DNA from: Cyanobacteriota bacterium
GTDB taxonomy: Bacteria > Cyanobacteriota > Cyanobacteriia > PCC-6307 > Cyanobiaceae
DNA: 64,000 nucleotides
NCBI GenBank assembly: GCA_046052125.1
Contig: JBJOMY010000002.1
Span: 128,001 to 192,000, forward strand
Direction of reading: 5' to 3'
A model generated the notes under the pieces. The model saw only the letters and a program-made list of their open reading frames with translations, had not been told where the DNA came from and ran no database searches. Each line of letters begins with the position of its first letter. Position 1 is the first letter of the stretch. Shown here piece by piece: positions 1-10,472 of this stretch. Made by a program: the position numbers and the translations under genes.

Positions 1-2667
1 GGGATTGGCGAGGCGGCCAGCGAGGCCTTTGATCTCTTTGTCGGCCTTGGCGATGTCTTTCTCAAGGCGGCCGCGCAGGGCCTCGAGATCCACCAGTCCT
101 TCGATTGGCAGCAACACCTGCAGCTCACCGCTCACGCCGGCGAGGGCCTTGGTGGCTGGCTGGGCCTCGGCGGCGGCGGGATCGAGCACCTCAACGGTTT
201 CAGCGCGGGTGAGGGCAGTGATATCCGCCGTGGCGGCTGAGAGCACCGCAGCGAGGGCGCCGCGGCCAGTCACGAACCGCACCGGCACGCTCTGGCTTGG
301 CTTGAGGCCCGCCACGGCACGGAGGTTGCGCACCACCCGAATCGCTTCGATCAGATCACTGAACGACGCCTCCAGCTCGTCATCCAGCGAAGCAACGTCG
401 ACCACCGGCCAGGGCTGCAGCGCCAGGAACGTCTCTTCAGAAGAGCCGGTGAGGCCATGCCAGAGCTCTTCGCTCAGGTGGGGCATCAGCGGATGGAGCA
501 TCACGAACAGCTCGTTCAGCACCTTGGCGAGCACCTGCCGGGCGGTGCGCTGATCGGCCAGGGCGGCTGCGCTGGGGGACTCGCCGGGATTGAGGCGGCG
601 CTTGATCAGCTCCACATACCAATCGCACACCTCGTTCCAGGCGAACTCATACAGACCCTTGGACGCTTCACCGAGGCCGTAGCTGCCGTAGCGCTCAGCG
701 GTTTCACGATTCACCCGCGCCAGGCGCGAGAGGATCCAGCGATCCGCCAGCTGCAGCGCGGCCGGATCGGGTTCACCCAGGGAGGCGGGGGTTTCGCCAC
801 CCAGGTTCATCAGCGCGAAACGGGTGACGTTCCAGAGCTTGTTGGCGAAGTTGCGCGAGGCCTCCACCGTGGCGGAGGTGTCGGATTTGCGGTCGTAGTC
901 GAGGCGGATGTCCTGGCCGGCACCAGCCACCTCACGCACCAGGGCGAAGCGCAGCGCATCGGCGCCGTAGCGATCGATCAGCAGCAGCGGGTCGATGCCA
1001 TTGCCCGCCGATTTGCTCATCTTGCGGTTGTTCTCATCCCGCACCAGGCCGTGGATGTAGACGTCCTGGAAGGGCATCCGGCCGGTGAAGGCGCCGGCCA
1101 TCATCGTCATCCGGGCCACCCAGAAAAAGATGATGTCGAAGCCCGTCACCAGCACGCTGGTGGGATACCAACGGGCCAGATCGGCAGCACCCGCATCGGG
1201 CCAGCCGAGGGTGGAGAAGGGCCAGAGGCCGCTGGAGAACCAGGTGTCGAGGGCGTCAGGGTCCTGTTCGAGCACCAGCGGGTGGGCATGGGTGCCGCCG
1301 CTGAACTGGGCTTCGGCCTTAGCGCGGGCTTCCGCTTCATCGCGGGCCACCACATAAGGAGTGGTGTCGGTGATCACGCCACCGGTTTCGCTCACCACAA
1401 ACCAGGCGGGGATGCGATGGCCCCACCAGAGCTGGCGGGAGATGCACCAGTCGCGGATGTCGGTGAGCCAGTCGCGGTAGACCTTGCTCCAGCGCTCTGG
1501 CACGAAGCGGGGATCGGCTTGCTCGAGGGCCTCGCGGCAACGGGCGGCGAGGGGCTCTGTTTTCACGAACCACTGGGTGGAGAGCAACGGCTCCACCGGC
1601 ACCTTGCCGCGATCGGAGAAGGGCACGCTGTGGCGGTAGTCCTCCACCTTCACTAGGAAACCTTCGGCCTCCATCGCTGCCACCACGGCCTTGCGGGCCT
1701 CGAAGCGATCGAGACCCCGGAAGCGACCGGCGGCCTCGTTCATCGAGCCGTCCTTGGCCATCACCGTGATCAGCGGCAGGTTGTGGCGCTGGCCGATCGC
1801 GAAGTCGTTGGGGTCGTGGGCGGGGGTCACCTTCACGCAGCCGGTGCCGAACTCCGCATCCACGTGGTCGTCAGCCACGATCGGGATCTCGCGGCCCACC
1901 AGCGGCAGGGTGAGGGTCTGCCCCACCAGATCGGCATAACGCGGATCCTTGGGGTTCACGGCCACGGCCGTATCGCCGAGAAGCGTTTCGGGGCGGGTGG
2001 TGGCCACCTCCAAGTGGGTGCGGCCATCGGCGGCGGCACCGGCTGTGAGCGGGTAGCGGAAGTGCCAGAGGTGGCCATCCACCTCCTTCATCTCCACCTC
2101 CAGATCACTCACCGCCGAACCGGAGGCAGGGCACCAATTCACCAGGTATTCACCCCGGTAGATCAGTCCCTGCTCATGCAGGCGGTTGAACGCTTCGATC
2201 ACTGCCGCGCTGCAGCCGGCATCGAGCGTGAAGCGCTCGCGCCGCCAGTCCACCGAATAACCGAGCCGGCGCAGCTGGCCCACGATCGTACCGCCGCTCT
2301 GGGCCTTCCACTCCCAGGCCTTCTCCAGAAAGGCCTCACGGCCGAGATCCTCCTTGCGCTTGCCCTCAGCCTTGAGCTGCTTCTCGAGGATCGTCTGCAC
2401 GGCGATCGAAGCGTGATCGGTGCCGGGGAGGCAGAGCACGTTTTTGCCCTGCAGGCGCTGGAAGCGCACGATCGTGTCGATCAGGGCCGTGTTGAAGGCA
2501 TGGCCCATGTGCAGGCTGCCGGTCACATTCGGCGGCGGGATCACCACCGAGAACGGCTCACCGGGAGCACTGGGATCGGGGTGGAAGGCGCCGCTGGTTT
2601 CCCAGGCCTGCTGCCAGCGCGCTTCGGTGCCCACCGGGTCGTAGGTCTTGGGCAGGGCGTCGGTCAC
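1..2667 (-). CDS. valS: Valyl-tRNA synthetase (3' end runs off the window)
   Basis: Not in the ORF track because it has no stop in the window. Manual translation from GTG at 2667 gives [11 protein letters not shown], then [15 protein letters not shown] (HIGH-type motif), KMSKS near 1010-1025, and an open frame to position 1. Confidence 0.97.
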   Translation of the reverse strand, partial: MTDALPKTYDPVGTEARWQQAWETSGAFHPDPSAPGEPFSVVIPPPNVTGSLHMGHAFNTALIDTIVRFQRLQGKNVLCLPGTDHASIAVQTILEKQLKAEGKRKEDLGREAFLEKAWEWKAQSGGTIVGQLRRLGYSVDWRRERFTLDAGCSAAVIEAFNRLHEQGLIYRGEYLVNWCPASGSAVSDLEVEMKEVDGHLWHFRYPLTAGAAADGRTHLEVATTRPETLLGDTAVAVNPKDPRYADLVGQTLTLPLVGREIPIVADDHVDAEFGTGCVKVTPAHDPNDFAIGQRHNLPLITVMAKDGSMNEAAGRFRGLDRFEARKAVVAAMEAEGFLVKVEDYRHSVPFSDRGKVPVEPLLSTQWFVKTEPLAARCREALEQADPRFVPERWSKVYRDWLTDIRDWCISRQLWWGHRIPAWFVVSETGGVITDTTPYVVARDEAEARAKAEAQFSGGTHAHPLVLEQDPDALDTWFSSGLWPFSTLGWPDAGAADLARWYPTSVLVTGFDIIFFWVARMTMMAGAFTGRMPFQDVYIHGLVRDENNRKMSKSAGNGIDPLLLIDRYGADALRFALVREVAGAGQDIRLDYDRKSDTSATVEASRNFANKLWNVTRFALMNLGGETPASLGEPDPAALQLADRWILSRLARVNRETAERYGSYGLGEASKGLYEFAWNEVCDWYVELIKRRLNPGESPSAAALADQRTARQVLAKVLNELFVMLHPLMPHLSEELWHGLTGSSEETFLALQPWPVVDVASLDDELEASFSDLIEAIRVVRNLRAVAGLKPSQSVPVRFVTGRGALAAVLSAATADITALTRAETVEVLDPAAAEAQPATKALAGVSGELQVLLPIEGLVDLEALRGRLEKDIAKADKEIKGLAGRLANP

Positions 2668-2743
2668 AGGCAGCAGTGAGGCAATCGGGCCATGCTCGCA
2701 AAACGGCACCAGAGCCGGGATGATGTGCCCGCTTGCCGCGGCC

Positions 2744-4006
2744 ATGGCCCTGTTTCCTGCACCCCGATTGAGGCCATGGCGGCGCCGCGGCCTGCTGCTG
2801 GCACTCCTTGGCAGCCTCAGCCTCACCGGCTGCAAGGGCGGGCTCGAGCTTCCGAATGTGCTCTACCTGGCGATGAGCACAAACAGCGATCAAGCGATCG
2901 ATGCCGACCTTCTGGAAGAAACGCAGGCGCGCCTGAGCGTGCTGGAACGGGGCTACCGCCAGCTGCACCCCGCGAGCCGGTTTCAGTTCGCGCTCTACTC
3001 AGACAACACGATCAGCAAGGCCCTGATCCGGCGCAACAGAGCCGGACTGGGACCGGATGTGATCTTCGTGAACGGCGAAACGGCTTTACGGATGCTGGCG
3101 GACGGGGTGGTCTCCCCCTACCCCGCAGCCCCCGAGCAGTTGAAGCTGTTCGACCCGGACGATCTCGATCAACTCCGCAACAGCCGCGGCGAGTTGGCGG
3201 GCATCCCGGTGGTGATCCAGACCCAGCTGGCTTGCTTCAACCGCAAGCGCCTACCTGAGCCGCCTGCCACGGTGACGGACTTGCTCGCTGCCAGTGCTGC
3301 GGGGAACACTGTGGGGCTCACCGTGGACCCCTACTACTTGTATTGGAGCACCGGCAGCCTGGGGGCGCTGAAAGGCATCAATCGAGCCATCGCCGGACAA
3401 CAACCATCGCCAGCCGAGGTGAGGCAGATCGAGCAATGGCTGGCTTGGCTCCAGAACGCCAACAGTCAGCAGCGGGTGACCTTCTACAGCGACCAGAAGT
3501 CCGTGATCGCAGAGTTCCTGGCTGGGCGCATTGATTGGATGCCCTGCAACAGCATCACGCTCCCAAAACTGCGCAAACAGCTCGGCTCCAGCCTCGGCGT
3601 GAGCGCCCTACCCAACGGCCCCGATGGCAGTCCGCCAAGCCCCATGAAGCGGCTGCGTGTGTTTGCTCTGGGCAGCAGCTCCAGCGCCGCCGGGCGAGCT
3701 CGTGCCATTGCGTTCATTCGATTCTCAGCTAACCCGCTGATGCAGCGCATGCTCACCGTGGGATCTCAAACCCTTCTGCCGGCGAATCGCTTCGTGAAGG
3801 TGCCCGTGCAGAGCTCACAGGTGCTGGCGGCGATGGAGCTGTCCAACCGCCAGAGCGACCAGTTCAGCCAGATCGTGAAGCTCATGCATGACGACGATCC
3901 GCGTGTTCCCAAGGTGCAAGCGCTCATCACGGAGCTCGTGTTTGGCGAGGAGAGCGCCCGATCCAGCACCGAAACCCTGATCCAGATCCTGAGGGGCAAG
4001 GCATGA
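2744..4006 (+). CDS. Extracellular solute-binding lipoprotein (MalE-like, SBP family 1 type)
   Basis: Signal peptide with lipobox [14 protein letters not shown] and [14 protein letters not shown] segments typical of sugar-type SBPs. Start chosen at ATG 2744 (2720 also possible). Confidence 0.75.
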   Translation: MALFPAPRLRPWRRRGLLLALLGSLSLTGCKGGLELPNVLYLAMSTNSDQAIDADLLEETQARLSVLERGYRQLHPASRFQFALYSDNTISKALIRRNRAGLGPDVIFVNGETALRMLADGVVSPYPAAPEQLKLFDPDDLDQLRNSRGELAGIPVVIQTQLACFNRKRLPEPPATVTDLLAASAAGNTVGLTVDPYYLYWSTGSLGALKGINRAIAGQQPSPAEVRQIEQWLAWLQNANSQQRVTFYSDQKSVIAEFLAGRIDWMPCNSITLPKLRKQLGSSLGVSALPNGPDGSPPSPMKRLRVFALGSSSSAAGRARAIAFIRFSANPLMQRMLTVGSQTLLPANRFVKVPVQSSQVLAAMELSNRQSDQFSQIVKLMHDDDPRVPKVQALITELVFGEESARSSTETLIQILRGKA

Positions 4007-5247
4007 GAACCCTGCTGCTCGAGGTGTTCGGCTGGCTGGGCTACCTGGAGCGCCCAGGCGTGGTGCTCCAGCTCCTGCTGATGGCGGGGCTCGTGCTCGG
4101 AACGCGCCTGGTGCGCCGCCGCCGCTTAGTGCCCCAGCTCCCGCGCCAGGCCCTCACGCCCATCGCCCTGGGGCTGGTGGTGATCTGCGTGCTGATCCTG
4201 GCTGCGGTGGGACTTCCCTACGCCCTCATGGCGCTGTTGGGGGTGATCTGGCTGGGCTGGTATGGGCTGAACAGACTCCACAGCCTGCTGTTGCGCTGGC
4301 TGCCGGGGTCACGGGTGCACCAGCTGGAGAGCCGCCTGCTGCGGCCGGCTTATCTCGTTCTGGTTGCGCTGGTGCTGATCAGCGAGGTGGACAGCCTGCA
4401 GGATCTTGCGGTGGCTCCCCTAGGGAAGCTGTTCGGGGTGGCGATCAGCTTCGGCAAGCTGTTTCAAGCCCTGGTGGTGATCTATCTGGTGCTGGTGGGC
4501 TGCGGCCCGCCGGCGGCGGGGCTGGCCTGGCTGGTGCAGCGGGCCGTGGGGATGAGCGAGGGCAGCCGCAAGGCGATGGAGCTGATGCTCCGTTACGCCG
4601 TGGTGGGCGTGGGATTGGTGGCCGTAGCCGTGCAGCTCGGGCTGAACACCACCGCCCTGATCGCGGTGGCCGGTGGCCTGTCGGTGGGCCTGGGCTTCGG
4701 CATCAAGGAGGTGTTTTCCAACTTCGTGAGCGGCCTGTGGCTGCTGTTTGAGGGCTCGGTGCGGCCTGGGGAGGTGCTGATGCTCGATGGCGACCCCTGC
4801 GAGGTGAGGAAGCTGGGGCTACGGGCCACCCTGCTCTGGCGCGACCGCGACAACGCCGAACTGCTGATCCCCAATCAGACCTTCTTCACCGAGGCGGCCA
4901 CCACCTACACCGCCAGCGACCGGATGCGCCGCAGCCAGGTGAGCGTGGGTGCGGCCTATCACCACGACCCGGCCGAAGTGATTGCCCTGCTGGAGGCCAC
5001 AGCCTTTGAGGTGCCCCGGGTGCTGCACGAGCCGGCGCCGAAGGCTCTGCTCCTGAGCTACGGCGATTCAGCAATCAACTACGCCCTGCGCTTCTGGATC
5101 GCCAATCCCATGGACAACGTGGGCATCTGCAGCGAGGTGAACCAGGCCATCTGGCATGCCTTCAAGCGCCACAACATCGAAATCCCCTTCCCGCAGCAAG
5201 TGCAATACGAGCTGCCCTGGCCCTCATCAGAGCGGGCGGAGGCTTAA
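4003..5247 (+). CDS. Small-conductance mechanosensitive channel (MscS family) with extra N-terminal TM helices
   Basis: GGLSVGLGFGIKEVFSNFVSG pore helix, VRPGE, LIPN, IEIPFPQQ motifs; ATGA overlap with the upstream gene. Confidence 0.93.
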   Translation: MRTLLLEVFGWLGYLERPGVVLQLLLMAGLVLGTRLVRRRRLVPQLPRQALTPIALGLVVICVLILAAVGLPYALMALLGVIWLGWYGLNRLHSLLLRWLPGSRVHQLESRLLRPAYLVLVALVLISEVDSLQDLAVAPLGKLFGVAISFGKLFQALVVIYLVLVGCGPPAAGLAWLVQRAVGMSEGSRKAMELMLRYAVVGVGLVAVAVQLGLNTTALIAVAGGLSVGLGFGIKEVFSNFVSGLWLLFEGSVRPGEVLMLDGDPCEVRKLGLRATLLWRDRDNAELLIPNQTFFTEAATTYTASDRMRRSQVSVGAAYHHDPAEVIALLEATAFEVPRVLHEPAPKALLLSYGDSAINYALRFWIANPMDNVGICSEVNQAIWHAFKRHNIEIPFPQQVQYELPWPSSERAEA

Positions 5248-5867
5248 CCAGCCGCCAAACGGCTCAGATAACCCTCGCGGCTGCCGGCATTGATCCAGCC
5301 GGTGGCGATGGTTTTGGTGTCGGTGTGGTTCACCCGCCCGCGGTGAATGTGCGAGGGCCCAGCGGGAAAGATCACGAGCTTTCCGCGCTCCGCGTCCTCG
5401 TGGTGGGCCTGCCAGTGAAACTCCGTGCCGGCCTCCTCCACGCTGTTGCAGTAGAGGATCCAGGCCAGCACCCGGTGCACGGGCTCCGTGGCTTCATCGC
5501 TGATGGTCCAGTCACAGTGCCAGCGCTTGAAACCCTCCCCCGGCGCATAGCGCTGCAGGTTGAAGATCGGATTCACAAACAGCTGCTGCTCGGGGCAGCA
5601 GTCGCGGAACAGGGGCCGCTCCTGCAGGTAGCGCTCCAGGCCGGCGCTCACGCCGCGCAGGATCACCTCCGCCAGGGCAAAGGCTTCCGGATCGGAGCGA
5701 TCGATCGCCACCAGGCTGATGTCGGTGGACACCTTGGCGGGCTCGCCGCCACCGGGACCGAAGGCCACACCAGGGCGCCGCAGATCACTGCGGCGATCGA
5801 AGAAGGCGATCACGCCATCGGCCAGGGCCTCATAGCCGGCGTTGCGGTAGCGGGCGATCAGCTCCAT
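5244..5867 (-). CDS. 2OG-Fe(II) oxygenase
   Basis: LQRYAPGEGFKRWHCD (HxD), IFPAGPSHIHRG (distal His), KTIATGW. Confidence 0.88.
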   Translation of the reverse strand: MELIARYRNAGYEALADGVIAFFDRRSDLRRPGVAFGPGGGEPAKVSTDISLVAIDRSDPEAFALAEVILRGVSAGLERYLQERPLFRDCCPEQQLFVNPIFNLQRYAPGEGFKRWHCDWTISDEATEPVHRVLAWILYCNSVEEAGTEFHWQAHHEDAERGKLVIFPAGPSHIHRGRVNHTDTKTIATGWINAGSREGYLSRLAAG

Positions 5868-6325
5868 CAGCGCTGCTCCAGCCAGGGGATGGCCACCAGC
5901 GCGTCCAGGTGCTGCCAGCGAGCCTGATCGGCGGGCACCCTGGCCGTGAGCCCCACCCGCTCCAGGGCCTGGGCGATCCGCTCGTTGGTGAGCACCTCCT
6001 CAGCCGGCCCCTGGGGAAGCACCAGCAACTGCTGCTCTGCGGGATCGGCCATCAACTGCAACTCCAGATCCCCCAGCTCCCGCTCGAAGAACACCCGCCG
6101 CAGCCGCCCCATCTGCAGGGGGCCGATCGCCTCAGCAAAGGCCTTGAGGCCGGTCTCATCGCCGCTGCAGCCGCAGTTGAGCGCCAGCCAGATCAGCAAC
6201 TTGGCCCAGCTCTCAGGCGTCCAGAGGGGCGGAAAACTGTCGCGGTGCTGACGCACCAGTTCCGCCAGGGCGAAATCCACCAGGGTGGCCTGCAGGGCCA
6301 GTGGGTCAGGGGATGCGGTCGTCAT
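5867..6325 (-). CDS. Conserved hypothetical protein
   Basis: Coding-like ORF whose TGA overlaps the ATG of the oxygenase (TGATG); WLALNCGC motif; start approximate. Confidence 0.75.
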   Translation of the reverse strand: MTTASPDPLALQATLVDFALAELVRQHRDSFPPLWTPESWAKLLIWLALNCGCSGDETGLKAFAEAIGPLQMGRLRRVFFERELGDLELQLMADPAEQQLLVLPQGPAEEVLTNERIAQALERVGLTARVPADQARWQHLDALVAIPWLEQR

Positions 6326-6380
6326 GGTCACCATCTTCCCCACCGGCCGGCAGACTGCAGGCAGCTCGCCCGCTTCTGCG

Positions 6381-6635
6381 ATGGCCCTGGACTTCAACGA
6401 TCCCGATCTGGAGTTTTCCGATCTGGTGTACGCCTACCAGAGCTGGGTGATGGCGGTGATCAACGATGAAAAGCTCGACGGCGACAAGCTGCTCACCGAT
6501 GACATCGCGGATGACGCCTTGAGCGCCATGCGCTTTCTGCCCGGCGAGGTGACCGCAGCGATCGAAACCAGCCTGGCCCGCGTTTACGACGTGGATCCCG
6601 ACGAACTCGCCGCCCTGCTGTTCCCCGAAGACTGA
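6381..6635 (+). CDS. Small acidic conserved hypothetical protein (84 aa)
   Basis: MALDFNDPDLEFSDLVYAYQSWVMAVINDEKL...; strong GC3 codon bias. Confidence 0.85.
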   Translation: MALDFNDPDLEFSDLVYAYQSWVMAVINDEKLDGDKLLTDDIADDALSAMRFLPGEVTAAIETSLARVYDVDPDELAALLFPED

Positions 6636-6646
6636 GCACTTAGGCC

Positions 6647-7459
6647 ATGGCTGACTCCAGCTATCTGCTCGGCACCCATGCCGAGGAGCTGGATCGGCTG
6701 CGATTCCAGCATCAGCTCTGGCTACCGGAAGCCCAGGCCGCCTGGCAGCGAGCGGGTCTCGCGTCAGGAGGTCGCGTGCTGGATGTGGGCGCCGGGCCGG
6801 GGTTTGCAGCGATGGATCTGGCCAGAGTGGTGGGCCCTTCCGGCCGGGTGCTCGGACTCGAGCTCAGCGCCAACTATGTGGCAGCTGGCCGCACCCTGGC
6901 CAGTGCGGAAGGGATGGCACAGCTGGAGCTGCGGCAGTGCCACCTGCTGGAGGATGCCTGGCCCGAGGAGCGCTTCGAGCTGATCTGGTGCCGCTGGGTG
7001 GCGATGTTTCTCCCCCGGCTCGAGCCCCTGCTCGATGGGCTGGATCAGTGCAGCCAACCGGGCGGCCAGGTGCTCATCCATGAATACGTGCACTGGGACA
7101 GCTTCGGCCTGTATCCCCACGGACAAGCCATCCGCCGCTTTGGCGAGGCCTGCCAACAAAGCTTCCGCCAGGCAGGCGGTGATCCGGATGTGAACCGCCG
7201 GCTGCCGGCACTGCTCGCCGCCAGAGGGTGGCGGATCGAAGAGCTGAGACCCCTACCAGTCGCGGGACGGCATGGCTCGATGGCTGCCCAGTGGCTGCAG
7301 ACGTTTGTGGCGGTGTACGGAACGCGTCTCCAGGAGCTGGGCTGTTGGACGAGCGCTGATGCAGCCGAAGCTCACGCTGAAATCAGCGCGGCCGCTGAAG
7401 ATCCCGGCAGCTTCTGGGTGGGCCCAACCCTGCTGGAGCTCATAGCCCGACGCGCGTAG
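6647..7459 (+). CDS. Class I SAM-dependent methyltransferase
   Basis: VLDVGAGPG motif I; N-terminal YLLG..EELDRLRFQ. Confidence 0.9.
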   Translation: MADSSYLLGTHAEELDRLRFQHQLWLPEAQAAWQRAGLASGGRVLDVGAGPGFAAMDLARVVGPSGRVLGLELSANYVAAGRTLASAEGMAQLELRQCHLLEDAWPEERFELIWCRWVAMFLPRLEPLLDGLDQCSQPGGQVLIHEYVHWDSFGLYPHGQAIRRFGEACQQSFRQAGGDPDVNRRLPALLAARGWRIEELRPLPVAGRHGSMAAQWLQTFVAVYGTRLQELGCWTSADAAEAHAEISAAAEDPGSFWVGPTLLELIARRA

Positions 7460-7500
7460 GGCTCCGCCACCCCCCTGGCCGTCGTTTGCTGGCGCGCGAT

Positions 7501-8187
7501 TCAGGCCAGAGCGCCACCCTCGAGGTGCACAATCCGATCGGCGATATCCAGCACTTTGTTGTCGTGGGTCACCATCACAATCGCCGCGCCACGGGTGTCG
7601 GCCAGCTCCCGAAACAGGGCCACCACATCGCGGCCTGATTCTTTATCCAGCGCGGCGGTGGGCTCGTCGGCGAGCAGCAGCTGGGGGTTGGAGGCCAGGG
7701 CGCGGGCAATAGCCACCCGCTGTTTTTGGCCGCCGGAGAGTTTGGCGGGCATGAAATCCACGCGATGGCCCAGGCCCACTTGGGTGAGGCGCTCGCGGCA
7801 GCGTGCATCCATGGCGCGCCGCCCCTGCTGCAGCCAGCTTGGGGCCACCTCCAGCCCCAGGCGCACGTTCTGCAGGGCACTCAGGTAGGGCATCAGATTG
7901 TGGGCCTGGAAGATGAAGCCCACCTGCCGGCGCAGCTGCGTGAGCTGCTGCTTCGAGGCGCCGCGCAGCTCTTCGCCGAAAAGCCGCAGGCTGCCGTCCT
8001 GGGCGGCGCGCAGGCCTCCCACCATGGTGAGCAGCGTTGTTTTGCCCGATCCAGAGGGGCCGGTGAGGATCACAATCTCGCCTGCGTTCACGGTGAGGTG
8101 GATGTCGCTCAACACCTGTTTGCTGCTGCCGGCCTCCTCAAACCAATGGTTGAGGCCCTTGATCTCCACAGGGGCTGCCGCGGCCAT
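7501..8187 (-). CDS. devA: ABC exporter ATP-binding subunit, DevA family
   Basis: GPSGSGKT, LSGGQKQRVAIARAL, LLLADEPT, MVTHD; third gene of a devBCA-ordered operon. Confidence 0.85.
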   Translation of the reverse strand: MAAAAPVEIKGLNHWFEEAGSSKQVLSDIHLTVNAGEIVILTGPSGSGKTTLLTMVGGLRAAQDGSLRLFGEELRGASKQQLTQLRRQVGFIFQAHNLMPYLSALQNVRLGLEVAPSWLQQGRRAMDARCRERLTQVGLGHRVDFMPAKLSGGQKQRVAIARALASNPQLLLADEPTAALDKESGRDVVALFRELADTRGAAIVMVTHDNKVLDIADRIVHLEGGALA

Positions 8188-9348
8188 TCAGAACACCTCG
8201 GCCGGATCGAGGCGGCGCAGCTTGCCGGTGGCCAGCCATCCCGATGCGCCGCAGATCACCAGGGTGAGCGCAAACACCAGGCCAGCGCGACTGAGGGTCA
8301 TCGTGAGCAGCAGCCCTGTGGAACGCACCAGGATCTGATAGAGCCCTATCGACACCACAACGCTGGGGAGAAACGCCACCGAAGCCAGGATCAACGACTC
8401 CTGCAGGATGATCCCCACTACGAAGACATCGCCGTAGCCCATGGCCTTCATCGTGGCGTATTCGCCGAGGTGATCCCCCACGTCGGAGTAGAGGATCTGG
8501 TAGACGATGATCGCCCCGACGGCGAGCCCCACCAGCACGCCGAGGTTGAAAATCAGGCCAAAGGAGCTGTTCTTTCGCCAGTGCTCCATTTCACGATCCA
8601 TCAGCTGCGGGATCGTGAGCACCTGCACCGAAGGCTCGAGGAAGCTCCGCAGTGTGGCTTGCACCCGGGTGGCACTAACGCCCGGGTGCAGCTGGATCAC
8701 GCCGATCTGGATGTCGTCGTTATTGGTTTCTGGGAGGTAAGTCTGGAAGTTGGAGCTAGAGCTGATCAGGTTGATGTCGGCTGCAAAGGTGAGCCCGAGC
8801 TGGAACAAACCCACCACCTGGGCCCGCTGGCCGCGCAGCTCTGTGTCGTAGGGGTGCCCTGACGCCAGGGTTTGGGCGACGGGCCCGGCACTCTTTTTGG
8901 AGCCGCGATCAAAAAAGATGCTGTTGGGCCGCTCCAGCAGGCTGCGCTGTTGCTGAAGCTCCGACAGCTTCAGGGCGGGGTTGTCTGGGCTAACGCCAAA
9001 CAACAGGGCCTGTTTTTTCTGGCGGGTGTCCTGGTTGATCCAATCGATCTTGCCGATGTAGAGCGGCGTAACCGCCTTCACCCCTTCCACACCGAGGGCC
9101 CGCGCCAGCTGGGCCCGGGGCATGGTGAGGGGTTCCCCCAGGTTGCTGTAGCGGCGTGGCACCAGCACCAGTTGGCCATTGATCTGCTGGATCGGCCGTT
9201 TCTGACTGTCGTAGAGGGCTCCCGAGAGGCCCATCTGAAAGAACACCAGCACGTTGGCGAAGCCCACGCCGGCGATGGCGGCCAACAGGCGCATCGGTTT
9301 GTGGCTGAGCTGCAGCCAGGCCACCGGCGTGCGGGGCTTTGGCCTCAT
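8188..9348 (-). CDS. devC: ABC exporter permease, DevC family
   Basis: AWLQL N-terminus, IIVYQILYSDV..HLGEYATMKAMGY, KLRRLDPAEVF C-terminus. Confidence 0.9.
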   Translation of the reverse strand: MRPKPRTPVAWLQLSHKPMRLLAAIAGVGFANVLVFFQMGLSGALYDSQKRPIQQINGQLVLVPRRYSNLGEPLTMPRAQLARALGVEGVKAVTPLYIGKIDWINQDTRQKKQALLFGVSPDNPALKLSELQQQRSLLERPNSIFFDRGSKKSAGPVAQTLASGHPYDTELRGQRAQVVGLFQLGLTFAADINLISSSSNFQTYLPETNNDDIQIGVIQLHPGVSATRVQATLRSFLEPSVQVLTIPQLMDREMEHWRKNSSFGLIFNLGVLVGLAVGAIIVYQILYSDVGDHLGEYATMKAMGYGDVFVVGIILQESLILASVAFLPSVVVSIGLYQILVRSTGLLLTMTLSRAGLVFALTLVICGASGWLATGKLRRLDPAEVF

Positions 9349-10337
9349 GGCTGGCTCGGCCGCTGCTGGCGTTGCTCCGGCGTGAGCGGGTCAAACACCA
9401 CGTTCACCTGCAGGTAGTTGACCCGGCTGGCCTTGGCGATCGCCTCGGCCGGTAAGGCGATCTTCACCTCCACCACCCTCCGGTCGACGTTGTCCCCCGA
9501 CTCCCCCGTGGTGACGCTCTGACGGCTCACCTGGCGGGAGATCGCACTGACGTTGCCGCGAACGCTGTGGCCAGGGAATCCATCGGCACTGATCGTGACC
9601 GCCTGGTTGGGCCTGATTTCGGGGAGATCGGATTGGTACACCTCGGCGATCACCCCCATGCGGCTGCTGTCCCCCATCTCCAACAGCCCGCCTTCGCCGA
9701 TCTTGTCGCCGGCATGGGCAATGAGTTTGAAGATGGTGCCGCCATAGGGCGCCCGAATGGTGGTTTTGGCCAACTCGGCTTGATCTTTGACCAGGGATCC
9801 ACGGCTTTCGATCAGCTCCGCCTGCAGGGTCTCGCGATCCGCAAGTGCCTCCTGCAACTGGGCCTCACTACTCTCGGCTTCGGCCTGCTTGGCCTCGTAG
9901 CGATTGGCGGATGTGGCCCCTGCTGCAAACAGCTCTTTGGCGCGGCGAGCCTCGGCCTTGGCCTGATTGAGTTCTGCGCGGTAGCGACGGATCACTGCAT
10001 CCTGGGAGCGCAGCTTGCGCTCGGCCACCGCGATGCTCGCCTTGGATTTCTGAGCGGTGGCATTGAGGCTGTCGAAACTCTCCAGGATCGCCAGGGGTTG
10101 GCCCTGCTCCACCCGTTGGCCTTCGCTAACCAAAATCTCGCGCACCCGGTCATTGCTCAGGCTGCTGGGCACGGACACCTTGCTGATGCCACCGAGGGGT
10201 TCGATGCGCCCCAGGGCAGACACTCTGCGGGCTAGCGGTGCTTCAGCCTGCGGTGCATTGCTTGGGAGCAGCTGACAGCCTCCGCTCAAGCCCCCCACAA
10301 GCACAAGGAGCGCCGACAACGCAGCGCGGTTAGCCAT
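9345..10337 (-). CDS. devB: Membrane fusion protein, DevB/HlyD family
   Basis: VSALGRIEP, coiled-coil centre, AEVYQSD, DRRVVEVKI; lipobox-like LSGGC. Confidence 0.85.
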   Translation of the reverse strand: MANRAALSALLVLVGGLSGGCQLLPSNAPQAEAPLARRVSALGRIEPLGGISKVSVPSSLSNDRVREILVSEGQRVEQGQPLAILESFDSLNATAQKSKASIAVAERKLRSQDAVIRRYRAELNQAKAEARRAKELFAAGATSANRYEAKQAEAESSEAQLQEALADRETLQAELIESRGSLVKDQAELAKTTIRAPYGGTIFKLIAHAGDKIGEGGLLEMGDSSRMGVIAEVYQSDLPEIRPNQAVTISADGFPGHSVRGNVSAISRQVSRQSVTTGESGDNVDRRVVEVKIALPAEAIAKASRVNYLQVNVVFDPLTPEQRQQRPSQP

Positions 10338-10472
10338 GGCGCAGTAATGGGCTGGGTGGCGCTCAGTATGGCCATGGTTGGAGCAGGTGCCTAGGCCACT
10401 GCAACAGGCTCGCTCAGCAAGCCGTCAAACCTGCAAGACCGGCAATCTGGGCGGAGCGTTGCGCCGCACACC

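Noticed and set aside
5..2679. Long plus-strand ORFs (5-553, 457-1656, 1783-2679)
   Set aside because: They are antisense shadows of valS caused by GC-rich codon bias; valS was missed by the track only because it has no stop in the window.
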